Positions 8,833 to 19,052 of a DNA stretch of 64,000 nucleotides are shown here, piece by piece. Both the position numbers and the translations under genes were made by a program. The stretch is taken from contig JAWBAI010000003.1 in the NCBI GenBank assembly GCA_038816475.1, forward strand, positions 1 to 64,000, in the 5' to 3' direction. The notes under the pieces are model-generated. The model made no database searches and was not told the DNA's origin. It saw nothing but the letters and a program-made list of their open reading frames with translations. The DNA comes from Desulfurococcaceae archaeon (lineage in GTDB: Archaea > Thermoproteota > Thermoprotei_A > Sulfolobales > Desulfurococcaceae). Numbering within the stretch: position 1 is the first letter of the stretch; every line of letters starts with the position of its first letter.

Positions 8833-10500
8833 TCATTGCTGATCAACGTCCTGGGTTCTTCTAGATGCCCAGATCTCTTCAACCGTGTGTTTGACAACTA
8901 TTTCGTAGAGAACAGCTCTTTGACCACTACTCTTGGGTCTTAATAGTCGTCCAAGTCTCTGAATAAACTGACGTCTAGATCCTGTTCCCGATACTATTAT
9001 CCCTACGTTCGCGTCTGGAATATCTATTCCCTCGTCACCTACTGTTGTAACAACCAGAATACCTTTATGCTGAGTCTTGAAGCTTTCCAAGATTCTCTTT
9101 CTGTCCTGATCTGGGGTTTCGCCAGTAAGCAAGTATCCTTGAACACGGCTAGCTATGGTTTTTGCTTGGTCAACGTATTGTGTGAACACGATGATCTTGT
9201 TGCCTTTCTCGATTTCTTTTAAAGCTATTTCAACGGCTTTCTCGATCTTGGAGTTGGATGTTGCAACGAGCATTCTCAGATCACTGTATAGTTTTAGTAT
9301 CTCCTTTGCAACACTGTTCCCTCTGTAAGCTTCTTTTAAAATACGCTTGAACCTTTCCTTTCTATTAGACATGGTGATTATTTCCTCGGGAAGCTTGGTC
9401 ATCAGTGTCTCGATCTGTTTCTTTATCTTGCTGTACAGCAGTCGCTCCTGAGGTGTTAAGCTTACTCTGACTACAATCACCTCGTAGGAGGCAAGGTAAC
9501 CTTGCTCAGCGAGCTCGCTCGGAGACTTGTAGTACACTAGGTTACCTAGAAGTGGAAATAGCTCAACGTGTTTACCATCTTCTCTTTCAGGTGTTGCTGA
9601 TAAACCCATTTTGTACTTTGCTAAGCTGTGGTAAGCGATATACTTAAACTTATCTGCTGGTAGGTGGTGAACCTCATCCACTATTAAGAAGTCGAAGTGA
9701 GGAGATAGAATACCCATGTTCCTAAAAGCGCTCTGATAAGTAGACACCGTTACAGGTGCTAAGCGCTTTTCTTCACCGTAGAACAATCCGACCATACTTG
9801 AAGGAATCGAAGTGTACTTGAGGATAAAGTCCCTCCACTGGTACAGTTGCTCTCTAGTGTATGCTATAATAAGCGTTTTTACGGATTTCTCGACGAGAGC
9901 AGCTACTGCTATGAGAGTTTTACCGGAACCCGTGGGTAGAGCTATTATACCAGAACCATTGTTTCTAAGCCAAGCTTCTAAAGCCTCTTCCTGGTAGGAT
10001 CTCAGTTTCACGTTTACCAACGTGGGTTTTATCATTAAGGGTTTTTCCGCAACGAGTTTTTGTGGGTCGTTTACAGGCACTCCAATGCTCTTCAAAAAAT
10101 CAATAACCCTATGGACCTGGTAAGGTAAAACCTTTAGCACAACGTGTTCATTCGTGGTTGCAGAGAATCTGCAACCTAGGTTCATAAGCCTGTTTTTGTT
10201 TACCTTGTAGAGCTCACTCGGTATTACTATTTTAACAGTGCAATCCGAGGAATTCCATTCCAGCGTAGTTGCAAGCGCTGAATAAGCTTTCTCTACCTCG
10301 GAGAAAGAGCCTTCGACCTCGAGATTTAGCTCCTTTATAAGTTCTTTTACATCACTCAGAAAGTATCCGTTTTTGAGAGCTTTCGCTAAGTTGAACACAA
10401 ACTTCTTGTACCCTTCCTCGTAGCCGATGTAGTCAGCGATCATTAGAACTTCTTTAAACTCGTCATCACTAAGCCATTTTCTTGTTTTTAAAACTACCAA
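8833..10500 (-). CDS. xpb: XPB/Rad25-like SF2 helicase
   Basis: LRSYQEEAL, LPTGSGKT, DEVHH, GLSATPERED, DEGIDIPD and QRLGRLLRP motifs. Confidence 0.88.
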   Translation of the reverse strand: MVVLKTRKWLSDDEFKEVLMIADYIGYEEGYKKFVFNLAKALKNGYFLSDVKELIKELNLEVEGSFSEVEKAYSALATTLEWNSSDCTVKIVIPSELYKVNKNRLMNLGCRFSATTNEHVVLKVLPYQVHRVIDFLKSIGVPVNDPQKLVAEKPLMIKPTLVNVKLRSYQEEALEAWLRNNGSGIIALPTGSGKTLIAVAALVEKSVKTLIIAYTREQLYQWRDFILKYTSIPSSMVGLFYGEEKRLAPVTVSTYQSAFRNMGILSPHFDFLIVDEVHHLPADKFKYIAYHSLAKYKMGLSATPEREDGKHVELFPLLGNLVYYKSPSELAEQGYLASYEVIVVRVSLTPQERLLYSKIKKQIETLMTKLPEEIITMSNRKERFKRILKEAYRGNSVAKEILKLYSDLRMLVATSNSKIEKAVEIALKEIEKGNKIIVFTQYVDQAKTIASRVQGYLLTGETPDQDRKRILESFKTQHKGILVVTTVGDEGIDIPDANVGIIVSGTGSRRQFIQRLGRLLRPKSSGQRAVLYEIVVKHTVEEIWASRRTQDVDQQ

Positions 10501-10502
10501 AG

Positions 10503-10934
10503 TTAAGCACCTCTCTGAAAGTGTGCCAGCTCTTCTGGTTCAGCATAGGAGTGGGTGACCCATCTCACCTCTTTTCCTTTGCAGGTCATGTAAAACACCC
10601 CTAAAGTGTAATGGGGGTCTATGTAGAATTTCACGACAGAGTCTTCCTCAATAATTGTACTTGAATACTTAAAAAATGATAGTACCTCGTTGTTTACTTC
10701 TCGTGTTTTAGGTAATTCTACAGTTATCCCTAGGACTCTGACTTCGCACTGAGGTTTATCATCGTCGGTGTCGATTGATACGTGAACGTATACATGAATG
10801 CTCGTGTCGTCGCAGACACCCATTATCCTTATGAACTCCAACCCCAGAGCGCACGCCTCGTCTAGTACACCCAACGACGTTAGGTAACTACCGACTCCGA
10901 GTTTTAGGGAATCTCTGTCAAACAGTATCTTCAT
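10503..10934 (-). CDS. Hypothetical protein, probably co-transcribed with xpb
   Basis: 143-aa ORF ending 2 nt before the xpb start. Confidence 0.65.
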   Translation of the reverse strand: MKILFDRDSLKLGVGSYLTSLGVLDEACALGLEFIRIMGVCDDTSIHVYVHVSIDTDDDKPQCEVRVLGITVELPKTREVNNEVLSFFKYSSTIIEEDSVVKFYIDPHYTLGVFYMTCKGKEVRWVTHSYAEPEELAHFQRGA

Positions 10935-11065
10935 TGTAGTGCTCGCCGCGTGGGTTTTTCATCAATTGTCTATCAGTACTTAAAACCCCGCTCATCGCTC
11001 ATAGTAATATTTTTAAACAATCACCTTAATAACCTTATAATGCCTATGTAACACGGGGGACGTCA

Positions 11066-11872
11066 TTGTTTCTCAAAAGTGGACGCGTACTAGTCGTCAA
11101 GAAACCCTTGGAGAGAGAGATTGATGAGTTCGAAAAGAAGCTGGTAAAAGCTTATGGACGCAGCAAAGCGGACAAAATGAAGCTTAGATTACTCTCATCT
11201 GAGGTCCTTCGACATCTCAAACCCGTACTCTCGTACAGGGATATATCCCTCATAACAGGCTTACCAGAGTCTGTTCTCTGTCGCTACGTTAAGGGATCTA
11301 TAATACCGAGTTTCGAGCAGGCGGTTAAAATTCTTGCAAGGATTTCTCTTTCAATAGATCTGGGTGTTATACTGAAGGACCTTGTTGAGAGAGAAAAAAG
11401 CCCTGTCATAGATCTGCTTCGCGTACTAAAAGACCCCTACATAATAAGGCTCTTATCCATAATAATAATGCTAGAGCTCGTGGACAAGACTATAACCAAA
11501 CTAGTAGCTACAGCTGAGGCTGTACTCCCCATAGCAACAGAACTCTCAATGGAGTTTAGAGCACCCGTACTTCTAGTTAAGAGGAAAAGCTATCCAGGTG
11601 TTCAGTACTTTAACATATCCTTGATGAGAAGTCCTAAGGATGTTGAAACACTGTATCTTGATAAAGACCTCATAAGCAGGAAGGACAAGGTCTTAGTAGT
11701 AGCCGACGTCGTTTTTACAGGGAAAACACTGGAATCAGTACTGCAAATGCTTGCCAAGGCTAAAGTCGAGGTGGTAGACTGCATAGTTATCCTGGGATTA
11801 GGCACTAGATGGGAGGAAAGACTACAACCGTACAAAGTAAAGGTTTTAACAACAGTACCGTTCGAGATCTAA
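11066..11872 (+). CDS. HTH plus type I phosphoribosyltransferase-domain protein (putative regulator)
   Basis: N-terminal HTH (SYRDISLITGLPESVLCRYVKG); C-terminal PRT fold (VLVVADVVFTGKTL). Confidence 0.82.
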   Translation: MFLKSGRVLVVKKPLEREIDEFEKKLVKAYGRSKADKMKLRLLSSEVLRHLKPVLSYRDISLITGLPESVLCRYVKGSIIPSFEQAVKILARISLSIDLGVILKDLVEREKSPVIDLLRVLKDPYIIRLLSIIIMLELVDKTITKLVATAEAVLPIATELSMEFRAPVLLVKRKSYPGVQYFNISLMRSPKDVETLYLDKDLISRKDKVLVVADVVFTGKTLESVLQMLAKAKVEVVDCIVILGLGTRWEERLQPYKVKVLTTVPFEI

Positions 11873-12121
11873 CTTCACCTAAAAGTTCACCTCTTCATAC
11901 AATGTTCCTGTTTAGACACTACCAATATTCTACCCAGTACCACAACCGTACACAACCATAGCTCGTTTATCGATGATCAGACCTCACCAGCAGCACTCCC
12001 AATTAGTGCACTCTTAGCATAGAACTCTGAACTACTCTCTCAAAAACTCACCCGGGACACGTTGCTTCATGCAACATGATATTAAGGGGGTTATAGTATC
12101 GGAGGAACGTGGTGGGAGATC

Positions 12122-12532
12122 TTGATGTCGGTGGAGGAAACAGTTAAGGTTGACTCGAAGGGTAGAATAACTATTCCAGCTGTAATCAGAGAAATGTTCA
12201 ATATTAGAGAAGGAATGTACCTGTTGATGATCGCCGATAAAAACTCCAAAGAAATAAAGCTGGTTCCACTACCAATAGCAGCTAAGCTGGTGAAGCTGAG
12301 TGTTGTTCTAGAGGACCGTGTGGGAGTAATAGCCGAGTTAACGAACTTTCTTGCAAGTCGCAACATAGACATTATATCCACCAAGTGCGTTGTTCTCAAG
12401 AGAGAAGAGCTAGGAGCGTGTGAAATGGTAGTTGACATTAGTAAAAGCGATATATCCGATTTGAAGCAGATAGAGGAAGAACTGAGAAGACTCGAACCAG
12501 TTAAAAACGTTGAAGCATTTAAGATGATGTAG
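12122..12532 (+). CDS. AbrB/MazE-type DNA-binding domain plus ACT domain protein
   Basis: KVDSKGRITIPAVIRE (AbrB) followed by DRVGVIAELTNFLA (ACT). Confidence 0.85.
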   Translation: MMSVEETVKVDSKGRITIPAVIREMFNIREGMYLLMIADKNSKEIKLVPLPIAAKLVKLSVVLEDRVGVIAELTNFLASRNIDIISTKCVVLKREELGACEMVVDISKSDISDLKQIEEELRRLEPVKNVEAFKMM

Positions 12533-12539
12533 GGGGTAC

Positions 12540-13313
12540 TTGAAAACAGTATTCGTTGGTTGTTGCGGGTTTCCTTGTGCGAGGAGAAAGTACTATGGTT
12601 TATTCTCTGTGGTAGAACTTCAGAACACTTTTTACGAGCTTCCGAGTGTTGATTGGGCTTTAAGCTTAAGAAGAGAAGCTCCAGAGAACTTCGTATTCAC
12701 TGTAAAAGCCTGGCAGGTTATTACACACCCCTCTACATCTCCCACGTGGAAAAGAATGAAGAGAAAACCTGATGGAGATCCATCCAACTATGGATACTTG
12801 AAACCAACAAGGGAAAACATTAAAGCATTCGAAAAGACCGTGGAGGTTGCAAAAGCACTTAACGCAAGCGTTATCGTGCTTCAAACTCCATCAAGTATGC
12901 CCTACAACGAAGAAACAGTTCTTCAGGTAAAAAGGTTCTTCGAGGAAGTATCAACGTACACCGGTGGAAACATAGTCGTTGGCTGGGAACCTCGTGGAGC
13001 CTGGGCTTCAGCGAAGGAGTTGAAAGGTATCCTGGAAATGTACGATGTGATGCACGTAGTGGACGTGTTTAGATCAAGACCTCTGTATCTACACTCAAGA
13101 AGAATACTGTACACCAGGTTACATGGTATAGGTCCTGGTGAAGTTAACTACAGTTACTACTACACAGATGAAGACCTGAATAAGCTAACCGAGCTACTCA
13201 ACGTGGAAAACTACGATGCGGCTTTCGTGATGTTCAACAACGTTAAAATGCTTGATAACGGCTTAAGGTTTAAGGAGATTCTGAGAGAAAAGAAGAATTT
13301 CAATGTGCGTTAA
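12540..13313 (+). CDS. DUF72 family protein
   Basis: VGCCGF, VELQNTFY, FTVKAWQVITH, LQTP, WEPRG, RLHG and FNN motifs. Confidence 0.9.
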   Translation: MKTVFVGCCGFPCARRKYYGLFSVVELQNTFYELPSVDWALSLRREAPENFVFTVKAWQVITHPSTSPTWKRMKRKPDGDPSNYGYLKPTRENIKAFEKTVEVAKALNASVIVLQTPSSMPYNEETVLQVKRFFEEVSTYTGGNIVVGWEPRGAWASAKELKGILEMYDVMHVVDVFRSRPLYLHSRRILYTRLHGIGPGEVNYSYYYTDEDLNKLTELLNVENYDAAFVMFNNVKMLDNGLRFKEILREKKNFNVR

Positions 13314-14374
13314 GATAGTACTCTGAGAAGGTTATCTGGATAAGGTGGATATATAACACCCTTCTCAGTTATAATCGCGGATACAAGGTCAGGGTCTGTG
13401 ATATCAAACGCGTAGTTCAACGCTTGAACAGTTTCAATGGTTATTGGAACACCTCTGATATACTTCACTTCCCTGGGGTCTCGTTCTTCAATTACAACTT
13501 GGTCTATTGTTCTCCCAAGATCCACCGTGCTTGCAGGTGCAGCCACGTAGAATGGAATACCGTTCCTTTTTGCTGCGAGGGCTATCATGTAGGTTCCTAT
13601 TTTGTTCACGACGTAACCATCCCGTGTGATCCTATCGGCACCCACGATTACCAAGTCCACCAGCTTTTTCCTCAGAACGAGTCCAGCTGCATTGTCGGTT
13701 ATTAGTGTTACCGGAATACCCTCCTTCGCAAGCTCATAAACGGTTAACCTAGCACCCTGGAGAACGGGTCTTGTTTCAGTAGCTATAACTCTTACCTTTT
13801 TACCTTTGTAGAAGGCTATTCTTACAACTGCTAGAGCTGTTCCATAAGCAGATGTTGCAAGTGCTCCAGCATTACAGTGAGTCATGATCGTGGCTTCGTC
13901 AGGTACTAGTTCAGCACCGAGTTCACCTATTTTAATGTTTGCTTCAACGTCTTCTCTGTATATTCTGATCGCTTCCTCGGCTAACAATGAAGCTACCCGG
14001 TGAGTATCGCTTGTTTTAGAGGATTCTTCGATTAAGACTTTGCGTATTCTGCTTAGAGCGTAAAACAGGTTGTACGCAGTAGGTCTAGTGAGTGAGAGAA
14101 TTTCAATGGCTTTGTTTAACTCGTCGAGAAAGAGCTTTAATGGTAGATTGGAGATCTTTAGTGCATAAGCTCCGAGGACAAGTGCAGCAGCAACACCTAT
14201 AGCGGGTGCACCGCGAATCTCCATTTGTTTAATGGCTTCTCCCACTCTCTTGGGTTCGTTGGAGCAGATTATCTCCTCTTCAAAGGGTAGCTTATTCGTG
14301 TTTACCCAGCACAGTTTATTCTCGGATTCATCTAGCCACACAGCTTTTACAAGCATAGGGTACGGGTACTCCAA
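13310..14374 (-). CDS. mtnA: Methylthioribose-1-phosphate isomerase (eIF-2B alpha-like family)
   Basis: IRGAPAIG, TRPTA, THCNAGALAT, ETRPVLQGARLT, GADRI and NKIGT motifs. Confidence 0.9.
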   Translation of the reverse strand: MEYPYPMLVKAVWLDESENKLCWVNTNKLPFEEEIICSNEPKRVGEAIKQMEIRGAPAIGVAAALVLGAYALKISNLPLKLFLDELNKAIEILSLTRPTAYNLFYALSRIRKVLIEESSKTSDTHRVASLLAEEAIRIYREDVEANIKIGELGAELVPDEATIMTHCNAGALATSAYGTALAVVRIAFYKGKKVRVIATETRPVLQGARLTVYELAKEGIPVTLITDNAAGLVLRKKLVDLVIVGADRITRDGYVVNKIGTYMIALAAKRNGIPFYVAAPASTVDLGRTIDQVVIEERDPREVKYIRGVPITIETVQALNYAFDITDPDLVSAIITEKGVIYPPYPDNLLRVLS

Positions 14375-14560
14375 CAGACACCACCAACAGTGTACAATGC
14401 TACTTCTATGTAATAACCATCACTGATGCACGGTAGTTTCGCTACGAACGGAGTGGAAAAAGGATAATGAATTCTTAGTAAGTAGGTGTAGTGTGGTTAG
14501 AACAGTAAAGGGTTCTACGGTGTGAACTAGAAATGCTACTAGAGAAATAAAGGTTAACTA

Positions 14561-14881
14561 CTAAATTGTGAGAACAACGTCTGTGAAGTCTAGTGGTAAT
14601 GGCTTGTTTTTCGCTTTAAATTCATCATACTTCTTCTCGAGGAAGGATCTGAAGGTGTAACAAGTATCAAATTTACCTTCTCTATCGCACTTCACGCCTA
14701 TTGCTATAAAGCACATCTTTGTTCTCTTGTCGTAGTATGGACATAGCTTGTGGTACTGTTTAGCACTTTTAAGTATTCTGTTGACCCATCGCTGTTTTTC
14801 ATCAATTTTCTTGTTCTGCTTATCTGCTAATGCTTCGGTTAAATCTTTTTCGGAGATCCTTGTTGAAGACATGAAGATCAC
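14561..14881 (-). CDS. Small Cys-containing hypothetical protein
   Basis: CPYYD...C...C...C pattern; GGTG RBS upstream of the ATG. Confidence 0.7.
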   Translation of the reverse strand: MIFMSSTRISEKDLTEALADKQNKKIDEKQRWVNRILKSAKQYHKLCPYYDKRTKMCFIAIGVKCDREGKFDTCYTFRSFLEKKYDEFKAKNKPLPLDFTDVVLTI

Positions 14882-14975
14882 CTTATTTATCTGGCCTCAA
14901 CCAGCTTCAGCTGTAGTATAATTTACAGTACTTAATAAACATACAAGTAGTTTACTTAAACGATACTCCGGGGTA

Positions 14976-16151
14976 TTGATGGCTTTTGAGTTACATAACA
15001 AAAAGAATAAGGGGGTTATAGGCGCTCTATTGAAGAGGGTTTATGGTAGCTTAGCTGAGAATTTAATTGAGCTATTGAAGAAACCACCCAGCCGACTTTA
15101 CGCGAGAGTTAACACCATTAAATCTACTCGAAGTGAGGTTCTAGAAGCTCTTAGAAAGGATGGTATTGAAGCATACGCGGATGAAAACATACCCGATGCA
15201 GTATACTTCGAGGTTAAAGGACCTTACGACGTGGAATGCCCCGGGGAGAAGAGAATAGTTGTGGATGTACGAACGGCTGTTTCACTAATGCTAGGCGCTG
15301 ATCTCTACCGACCCGGGATTTTAAAAGCTCCAAAGTTCGATCGGAGCGAATACCTACTAGCTGTTACAAGTAGGGGTACAGTAGTTTCATGCATAAAGAC
15401 TGTTGTTTCATCGGAGACCATGCAAAGCCTTACCAGAGGAGTAGTAGGCATTAATGTCTCTTCACCGTACAAAGCACCCAAGCTCGCTGAATCAAAAGCC
15501 TACTTGAAGGGTTTAATATACCCACAGAGTGCGCCTAGTATTATTACATCGCACGTGTTGAAACCTAAGACCGGAATGCTAATCGTTGACATGAACGCGG
15601 CTCCAGGTGGTAAAACAGGGCACATTGTTCAACTCGTTGGTGGTAAAGCTCTAATTGTAGCATTTGATAGAAGCGAGAAAAAAGTATCAGTTCTGCAGAA
15701 CACGCTTAGTAAACTGGGGCTAAATATCAGCGTGCTAGCTGTTCCAGCAGATTCCCGGTTTGCTCACATCGATTTCGCACTTGCGAGCAAAGCTGATAGA
15801 GTGCTAATAGACCCTCCATGTAGTAACCTTGGTGTGCGCCCACTACTGGACTACGATCGCTCTCTCAATGATGTTCTTAGTCTTTCAAACTACCAGAAGC
15901 ACTTTTTAAAAGCAGCTCGTAGTATACTCAAGAAAGGCGGCATTCTAGTGTACTCTACATGTACGTTGACACTAGATGAAAACGAGGAAAATGTTGTCTA
16001 CGCGGTTGAAGAGCTAGGTTTCAGCCCATATGAACCTCCCGAGCAAATACCGTACGCTGAAAAAGTATCGTACAAGGGGATTGTGGGATATAGGTTTAGT
16101 CCTCTAAAGAACGATATGCCTGGTTACTTTATCGCGGTGCTTACTCTTTGA
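14976..16151 (+). CDS. RsmB/NOP2 family RNA m5C methyltransferase with PUA domain (NSUN6-like)
   Basis: GADLYRPG (PUA), DMNAAPGGKT, DPPCS and YSTCT motifs. Confidence 0.9.
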   Translation: MMAFELHNKKNKGVIGALLKRVYGSLAENLIELLKKPPSRLYARVNTIKSTRSEVLEALRKDGIEAYADENIPDAVYFEVKGPYDVECPGEKRIVVDVRTAVSLMLGADLYRPGILKAPKFDRSEYLLAVTSRGTVVSCIKTVVSSETMQSLTRGVVGINVSSPYKAPKLAESKAYLKGLIYPQSAPSIITSHVLKPKTGMLIVDMNAAPGGKTGHIVQLVGGKALIVAFDRSEKKVSVLQNTLSKLGLNISVLAVPADSRFAHIDFALASKADRVLIDPPCSNLGVRPLLDYDRSLNDVLSLSNYQKHFLKAARSILKKGGILVYSTCTLTLDENEENVVYAVEELGFSPYEPPEQIPYAEKVSYKGIVGYRFSPLKNDMPGYFIAVLTL

Positions 16152-16668
16152 CACGTGTAACCTTACGTATTATTTTAGACCCGCAAAGAGGACACGTGTT
16201 CTCGCTAGAAGAACTTGGAACATATCCACATACCGGGCAGAAAGACCTGTAGAGCTTGAGTGCTCTGATGCCTGTTGTTCTCAGCGGTTTAAAGCTTATA
16301 CCTACGCTATGCAAAAGATTCTGGAGTTCGTAATCATCCGTGATAACAACAACGTTAGCACCGTTATCTACAAGTTGAAGTGCTAGTGCAGCTACATCTA
16401 TGTCTGTTCTGGACAGCTTGTGAATACTTCCAGTACTCCTAGCAATAGCTGTTGCTTTCTCAACGTACTTCTTCTCAGGTTTCACGACCTTAACTAATCC
16501 GAGATTTATTGCTTCTTCTAAAGCCTGCTTGTTCTCTAGGTCTATTACTTCATCTACGTTACTAGTGCTAGTATAGAGCTCTACTCCGCGTCTTGGTGAC
16601 AGCCTATAGTACTTTGCCAGTAGAGCACCCGTGTCTAGTACTATAGCCTTTACTTCATCAACCTGCAT
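16141..16668 (-). CDS. nob1: Nob1-like PIN endoribonuclease with Zn ribbon
   Basis: LDTGA, LSRTDIDVAALA, TDDYELQN and CPVCG...CPLCG. Confidence 0.9.
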   Translation of the reverse strand: MQVDEVKAIVLDTGALLAKYYRLSPRRGVELYTSTSNVDEVIDLENKQALEEAINLGLVKVVKPEKKYVEKATAIARSTGSIHKLSRTDIDVAALALQLVDNGANVVVITDDYELQNLLHSVGISFKPLRTTGIRALKLYRSFCPVCGYVPSSSSENTCPLCGSKIIRKVTRVKE

Positions 16669-17482
16669 GATGACTCCTTTGCTTGATCACTATATCTAGA
16701 ATGTCTCTGCACGGGTTAATCCTAGCAACTCTAATATAGCCACGATCACGCGTGACTTCAACAGTGCTCCCCCTTTCGAGGGACTTTAGGTATATTCCAT
16801 CCGAATATAGGTTGAAAACCCCCTGCACTCTCACAGTGACTTTAGCTGAAGCGGGTATAACTATGGATGGAAAACCGAGAGTCATTGGACTTAAATGCGT
16901 AAGCACCAGTGCCTCTAGTTGTGGTACTACGAGAGGTCCACCAGCAGAGAGGTTATGTCCCGAGGAGCCGTATGGTGTGCTAATTATTATTCCATCACCT
17001 TCAACTCTATACGAACTTTTCAATCCAGAGCTTGATATATCAACTACGTATTTCCCGGTTTTACCTAGATTACTGTTGACTATAACCACGTCATTTAGAA
17101 AAGGAAAATGGGTGTTTTCGTAGCTAACCCGATACACCGGTATCAGTTCAACAACATGCTTTCCTTCGAGAACGTTCTGCAGTGCTTCCTCGATAGGCAG
17201 TTCGGGTTTTTCGTAGAAGAAGTTTCTGCGTCCACATGGATAAAGGTACACGAGTTGATCTTCATCTTTAACAAGCTCGTGAACTGACCTTAGAAAAGTG
17301 CCATCACCTCCAATAGATATCACCAAATCGTACCTCACTTCATTTTTGCGACTGTAGGGTAAATCGTCTACCGAAATAGCATCCGTTTCGATACCACTTC
17401 GTCTCAGGGTACTTACTGCACGCTTCGTGAGAGTTAAACACTCGTTCACAGGCTTATAAACTACTATGGCTTTACTAAGCAT
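16658..17482 (-). CDS. nadK: NAD kinase
   Basis: GGDGTFL, LNDVV and GDGIIISTPYGSSGHNLSAGGP motifs. Confidence 0.88.
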   Translation of the reverse strand: MLSKAIVVYKPVNECLTLTKRAVSTLRRSGIETDAISVDDLPYSRKNEVRYDLVISIGGDGTFLRSVHELVKDEDQLVYLYPCGRRNFFYEKPELPIEEALQNVLEGKHVVELIPVYRVSYENTHFPFLNDVVIVNSNLGKTGKYVVDISSSGLKSSYRVEGDGIIISTPYGSSGHNLSAGGPLVVPQLEALVLTHLSPMTLGFPSIVIPASAKVTVRVQGVFNLYSDGIYLKSLERGSTVEVTRDRGYIRVARINPCRDILDIVIKQRSHHAG

Positions 17483-17572
17483 GCTCTAACCTCGTGTCTT
17501 CAACTTTGTCTACTCCTACTACCTCTATTACTTTTAATAAAGCAAAAACAACTGGTTACATAGGTATAGGAA

Positions 17573-18571
17573 ATGGCAAAGTGCATTGTCATAAATAAGA
17601 AGTACGCTGAGTGTGTAATGAATGTTCTTAAGAAAAAGCGTCTCTTGAACACAGAGTATAAGGTCCTCAGGATTGATGAACAAGTTCTGATCCCGGTTCA
17701 AGAGAACCTCGAGGACGAGGTCAGAGATGCTGTTAAACTATGCACAACGGATGACCTGAAGTTCACCGAGTGTAATCCTCCTAGGAGAAAAACAAGTAAC
17801 TCTGTATCAATACCCTCGTTCGACATTGTTGACAACGTTGTGATCATTCGAGAAAACGTGCTTAGAACTTGGAGCATAGGTGAGCTTGTAGAAAACATTA
17901 GAAAAGTTCATCCCAGGGTACGCGCGATATGGGTTAAGAGAGAAACTGTTGATGTCTATAGAATCCCTGTTCTCGAATTACTCTGGGGTGAAGACATAAG
18001 AGACCTCATGGTTAAAGAATACGGATTCAAGTTCAAAGTAAAACTAGGAAAAGTGTTCTTTAATCCTAGGCTCGCGGAAGAACACCGTAGACTAGCTAAG
18101 CTCGTTAAACCGGGAGAAATTGTGCTGGATATGTTTAGTGGTATCGGCGGGTTTTCCATACACATCGCTGGAGAGGTTCCATCACTCGTTATAGCCAACG
18201 ATCTAAACCCAGATGCATACGAGCTTCTCTTGGAAAACATAGTTCTCAATAAGAGAAGAATCAAGGGTGTAATTGTTCCCTTAAACATGAACTCTAGAGA
18301 GCTACCTGGAGTTGTTAGAGAAGGATCAGTAGATAGGATCATTGCTGATATTCCAGGGTACAGTTTAAACTTCGTGGATGAATATCGTGTTTTACTAAAA
18401 CCGGGTGGGAAACTTCACCTGTATATTCTCGCGGAAAGCGTACAAGTAGCTATGCAGAGTTCTCTGAGTAAGCTTAAGAACTGGTTTCTCGAATCGTGCT
18501 TAGAGGTGCTAGAGTACTCTCCCAAGTTGAGTGTATACAGATGTGATCTGGTCAAGCCTAAGTACGAGTAG
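17573..18571 (+). CDS. Trm5/Met-10 family tRNA (guanine-37-N1) methyltransferase
   Basis: KEYGFKFKV, FFNPRLAEEH, DMFSGIGGF, NDLNPDAY and YSP motifs. Confidence 0.85.
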   Translation: MAKCIVINKKYAECVMNVLKKKRLLNTEYKVLRIDEQVLIPVQENLEDEVRDAVKLCTTDDLKFTECNPPRRKTSNSVSIPSFDIVDNVVIIRENVLRTWSIGELVENIRKVHPRVRAIWVKRETVDVYRIPVLELLWGEDIRDLMVKEYGFKFKVKLGKVFFNPRLAEEHRRLAKLVKPGEIVLDMFSGIGGFSIHIAGEVPSLVIANDLNPDAYELLLENIVLNKRRIKGVIVPLNMNSRELPGVVREGSVDRIIADIPGYSLNFVDEYRVLLKPGGKLHLYILAESVQVAMQSSLSKLKNWFLESCLEVLEYSPKLSVYRCDLVKPKYE

Positions 18572-18994
18572 ATGAGCGGTTAGATATGTATCTTTCTTTT
18601 TCAACGCATTAATGAGCTCTCTCCTAAGTTCAGCTGAGGATTTAGAAGCCAGTATACCTATGGTTGCAGGCTCTATATAGGTGCTTTTCCTCACAATAAG
18701 CTTTTTCTCGTCTGTTAGGAGTAGCTGTGAGTGTCCATGAGCAACAACAACATCTCTAACACCATTGGCTTCCAGTAGGATGAACAGTACTGCGTCGTCG
18801 TTCTTTAAACACTCCTTGAATTGACTACTGAAGTCCACCGGTGCTTTATCAGCCGATGTACCAATAATGCAGTCACCTCGTGGAGTTATATCCGGATCCT
18901 TCGTTATCTCGAACGTAGTTCTGTGGGTGCCCTTTATGTTGGGATGACCCCTAGCTCTTACAACTTCGTAGCAGAATGTCAGTCTCACCTCCAT
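18509..18994 (-). CDS. DUF371 family protein
   Basis: ARGHPNIKGTHRTTFEITKD, TPRGDCIIG and VRKSTY motifs. Confidence 0.9.
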   Translation of the reverse strand: MEVRLTFCYEVVRARGHPNIKGTHRTTFEITKDPDITPRGDCIIGTSADKAPVDFSSQFKECLKNDDAVLFILLEANGVRDVVVAHGHSQLLLTDEKKLIVRKSTYIEPATIGILASKSSAELRRELINALKKKDTYLTAHLLVLRLDQITSVYTQLGRVL

Positions 18995-19052
18995 AGTGTT
19001 CGTGGCACCATTATATAGGGTTTTTAAAGGTCTCCTATTATGGGGTAAAGTT

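Noticed and set aside
8761-8943. 60-aa ORF after the hypothetical protein
   Set aside because: It overlaps the 3' end of xpb on the opposite strand and has no motif.
11875-12050. Minus-strand frame with Cys pairs (FRVLC*ECTN...AMVVYGCG) resembling a decayed zinc-ribbon gene
   Set aside because: Several stop codons and only impressionistic similarity; it cannot be supported without a search.
17573-18571. Trm5 motif IV reads ADIP rather than NLP or PTP
   Set aside because: This motif varies among archaeal Trm5/Taw paralogues; no functional change can be assigned by eye.
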